DNA of 64,000 nucleotides from contig CAWJRG010000009.1 in the NCBI GenBank assembly GCA_963845185.1, forward strand, positions 352,001 through 416,000, read 5' to 3'. The translations under genes and the position numbers were made by a program. Every line of letters starts with the position of its first letter. The stretch's first letter is position 1. The notes below the pieces were generated by a model. That model was not told where the DNA came from. It worked only from the letters and a program-made list of their open reading frames with translations, and made no database searches. The stretch is from an uncultured bacterium. Its GTDB lineage: Bacteria > Oederibacteriota > PGYV01 > CAWJRG01. Shown in pieces: positions 61,881 to 64,000 of the stretch.

Positions 61881-62699
61881 ATGTCAAATAACAGTCTAAA
61901 AATAGGTTTTATAGGTGCAGGTAATATGGCTGAGGCAATAATAAAAGCTTTAATAATATCAAAACAAACTGCGCCAAAGTTTATTATTGTTTGCGACATA
62001 AATAAGAAACGTCTTAATACGTTAAGCCGTAAATATAAAATAAGCATTGCTGCCGGAATAGATGAGATAATTAAAAGGGCGGATATAATAATGCTTGCTG
62101 TAAAGCCTATGAGCGCAAATGATGTTCTGCTTGATATGAGAGAAAAAATTAATTCAAGAAAGCTTATAATAAGCATAATGACTGGCATATCTATAGGCCG
62201 GATTCAGACTTTGTTGGGTAAAAAAATACCTGTTGTGAGGGTTATGCCAAACACTCCTGCGCTTTTATGTGAAGGGGCATGTGCTTACTCGGAAAGCAGT
62301 GAAGTGAAGGTGGGCCTGGGAAAAACTGCGGTAAAAATACTTAATACTTTCTGTAAAATATGCGTTAAACTTCCAGAAAAAAGTCTAAACATAGTCACGG
62401 TTTTAAGCGGTAGCGGCCCTGCATATTTTTTCTATTTTGCGCAGGCAATGCTTGAATACGCAAAAGAGCGTGATTTCGATTATGAAACAGCTGTAAAACT
62501 TATCGGGCAGACAATCGTAGGCGCAGGCAAGCTTATTCTTGAATCCAAGGACAACCCGGAGATATTAAGGCAAAAGGTCGCGTCAAAAGGCGGCACAACA
62601 GAAAGGGCCATAAATATTATGGACGACGCAGGATTGAACGAAATAATAAAGTGCGCCCTTTCTGCTGCTGAAAAACGGGCTGTAGAACTGGGCGGCTGA
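61881..62699 (+). CDS. proC: Pyrroline-5-carboxylate reductase
   Basis: GFIGAGNMA, RVMPNTP, SGSGPAY, VASKGGTT. Confidence 0.96.
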   Translation: MSNNSLKIGFIGAGNMAEAIIKALIISKQTAPKFIIVCDINKKRLNTLSRKYKISIAAGIDEIIKRADIIMLAVKPMSANDVLLDMREKINSRKLIISIMTGISIGRIQTLLGKKIPVVRVMPNTPALLCEGACAYSESSEVKVGLGKTAVKILNTFCKICVKLPEKSLNIVTVLSGSGPAYFFYFAQAMLEYAKERDFDYETAVKLIGQTIVGAGKLILESKDNPEILRQKVASKGGTTERAINIMDDAGLNEIIKCALSAAEKRAVELGG

Positions 62700-62722
62700 A
62701 GCCGTATGGCTTTGAGCCAGTA

Positions 62723-63037
62723 ATGCTTAATATCAGAGAAACGGCATACGGGCTGATAGTTGATGTTAAGGCGCTTCCCAGAAGCGAGAAAACACAGGTT
62801 TTCGGAATTCAGGGAAATGTTTTGAAAGTCAGGATAAACGCGCAGGCTGAAAAAGGAAAGGCAAATAAAGAGCTTATTGAATTTTTATCGGATTTACTGG
62901 ATATAAGAAAAATGGATGTTGAAATTATAAAAGGTGAGACAGTCAGGACCAAACAAGTTCTGATTAAAGGTATAAAAAAAGAAGAATTTTTTACCAAAAT
63001 AGGAGGAAATAATGAAGGAACTGAAATCAAATATTAA
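62723..63037 (+). CDS. yggU: DUF167/YggU family protein
   Basis: LKVRINA.AEKGKANKEL, IIKGET. Confidence 0.85.
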   Translation: MLNIRETAYGLIVDVKALPRSEKTQVFGIQGNVLKVRINAQAEKGKANKELIEFLSDLLDIRKMDVEIIKGETVRTKQVLIKGIKKEEFFTKIGGNNEGTEIKY

Positions 63038-63839
63038 TGACGCGCTTGAGAAAATCAGAAAAACAGCTGGGGATTTTAAACCGACTGTCGGCATAATATT
63101 AGGCACCGGATTAGGCGCTCTTTCAAAAGAAATTCAAAATGCTAAAGTGATACCATATAAGGATATCCCGCATTTCCCCCTTTCGACTGTAGAGACACAT
63201 TCAGGGATGCTTGTTTTGGGCGATATTGAAGGAAAGAAAATCGTGGCAATGTCAGGTCGTTTTCACAGATATGAAGGCTATTCTATGGAGGAAATAACGT
63301 TACCAGTACGTGTTATGAAGACTATGGGTATAAAATACCTGCTGATATCAAATGCCGCAGGCGGCATGAACAGGAGCTATGAGGCAGGAGATCTTGTAAT
63401 AATAGAAGACCATATTAATTTTATGGGAGACAACCCTCTGATCGGATTTAATGACAACGACATTGGACCCAGGTTCCCTGATATGATAGAACCGTACTCT
63501 AAAGAACTCATTAAAATTGCCGAAGAGTCGGCATGGGATTTAAAAATCATGATAAAAAAAGGCGTTTATATCGGTGTAACTGGGCCGAATCTTGAGACAA
63601 AAGCGGAATACAGGATGATGGGACAGTTTGCGGATATGGTCGGCATGTCAACAGTGCCAGAAGTAATAGCAGCAGTACATTCGAGCTTGAAGGTGCTTGG
63701 TATATCGGTTATAACAGACAAATGTGTACCGGATACGCTTGAGCCTGCCGATGTAAATAAAATAATCGCTACGGCGCAAAAAGCGGAACCAGCTTTGACT
63801 AAAGTCATGAAAGAAGTAATCAAAAGGATTAAAATCTGA
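63012..63839 (+). CDS. punA: Purine-nucleoside phosphorylase (trimeric type)
   Basis: ILGTGLG, GRFHRYEGY, NAAGG, DHIN, GPNLET, GMSTVPE. Confidence 0.93.
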   Translation: MKELKSNINDALEKIRKTAGDFKPTVGIILGTGLGALSKEIQNAKVIPYKDIPHFPLSTVETHSGMLVLGDIEGKKIVAMSGRFHRYEGYSMEEITLPVRVMKTMGIKYLLISNAAGGMNRSYEAGDLVIIEDHINFMGDNPLIGFNDNDIGPRFPDMIEPYSKELIKIAEESAWDLKIMIKKGVYIGVTGPNLETKAEYRMMGQFADMVGMSTVPEVIAAVHSSLKVLGISVITDKCVPDTLEPADVNKIIATAQKAEPALTKVMKEVIKRIKI

Positions 63840-63856
63840 AATAAGGGGAGGTTTTC

Positions 63857-64000
63857 ATGAAAGAGAATATCTCCTATAGAATGGAAAAATTATTCGCTTA
63901 ATATACTTGACCAGACACTTTTGCCGGGGGCTAAAAAGTATATACTGTGCAAAAATTACAGGGAAGTTGAAAAGGCAATAAAGGAAATGAAACTAAGAGG
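63857..64000 (+). CDS. mtnA: Methylthioribose-1-phosphate isomerase, N-terminus (runs off window; apparent frameshift right after ATG)
   Basis: Frame from 63861 reads KRISPIEWKNYSLNILDQTLLP...AIKEMKLR, typical of the MtnA N-terminus; GGAGG RBS. Confidence 0.75.

Noticed and set aside
1..64000. rRNA, tRNA, prophage or defence genes
   Set aside because: None recognised; the uniform + strand orientation is ordinary co-orientation

Overview
AT-rich bacterial chromosomal segment from a diderm, flagellated, probably anaerobic cellulolytic organism. Essentially every real gene is on the + strand. In order: a fatty-acid operon (plsX-fabH-fabD-fabG-acpP-fabF-rnc) running into an acyl-CoA dehydrogenase, etfBA and a methyltransferase; an accessory block of very large secreted proteins (beta-propeller, GH74, GH30+CBM, GH9), each with a T-x-T-x threonine-rich tract and a T9SS type-A-like C-terminal domain; a PAS/HD-GYP protein and a GH44; two PorV/UPF0164-like barrel genes directly upstream of flgFGAHIJ-yvyF-flgMNK; an SmtB/CzrA regulator with an NRAMP-related transporter; then housekeeping genes (lnt, surE, priA, acpS, nnr, thiL, tsaE, tsaB, yggS, proC, yggU, PNP, start of mtnA). 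Two IS elements are resolvable to the base, and removing either restores the reading frame of the gene it interrupts. One is an IS1111-type IS110 element whose bridge/seekRNA target and donor guides can be read directly from the sequence. The other is an IS1380 with a 5-bp target duplication. The best novelty candidates are the stalked-CAZyme plus PorV-like export system and a ~97-nt two-hairpin intergenic motif present twice, 49 kb apart, with compensatory base changes. All calls come from reading motifs by eye; no database searches were run.
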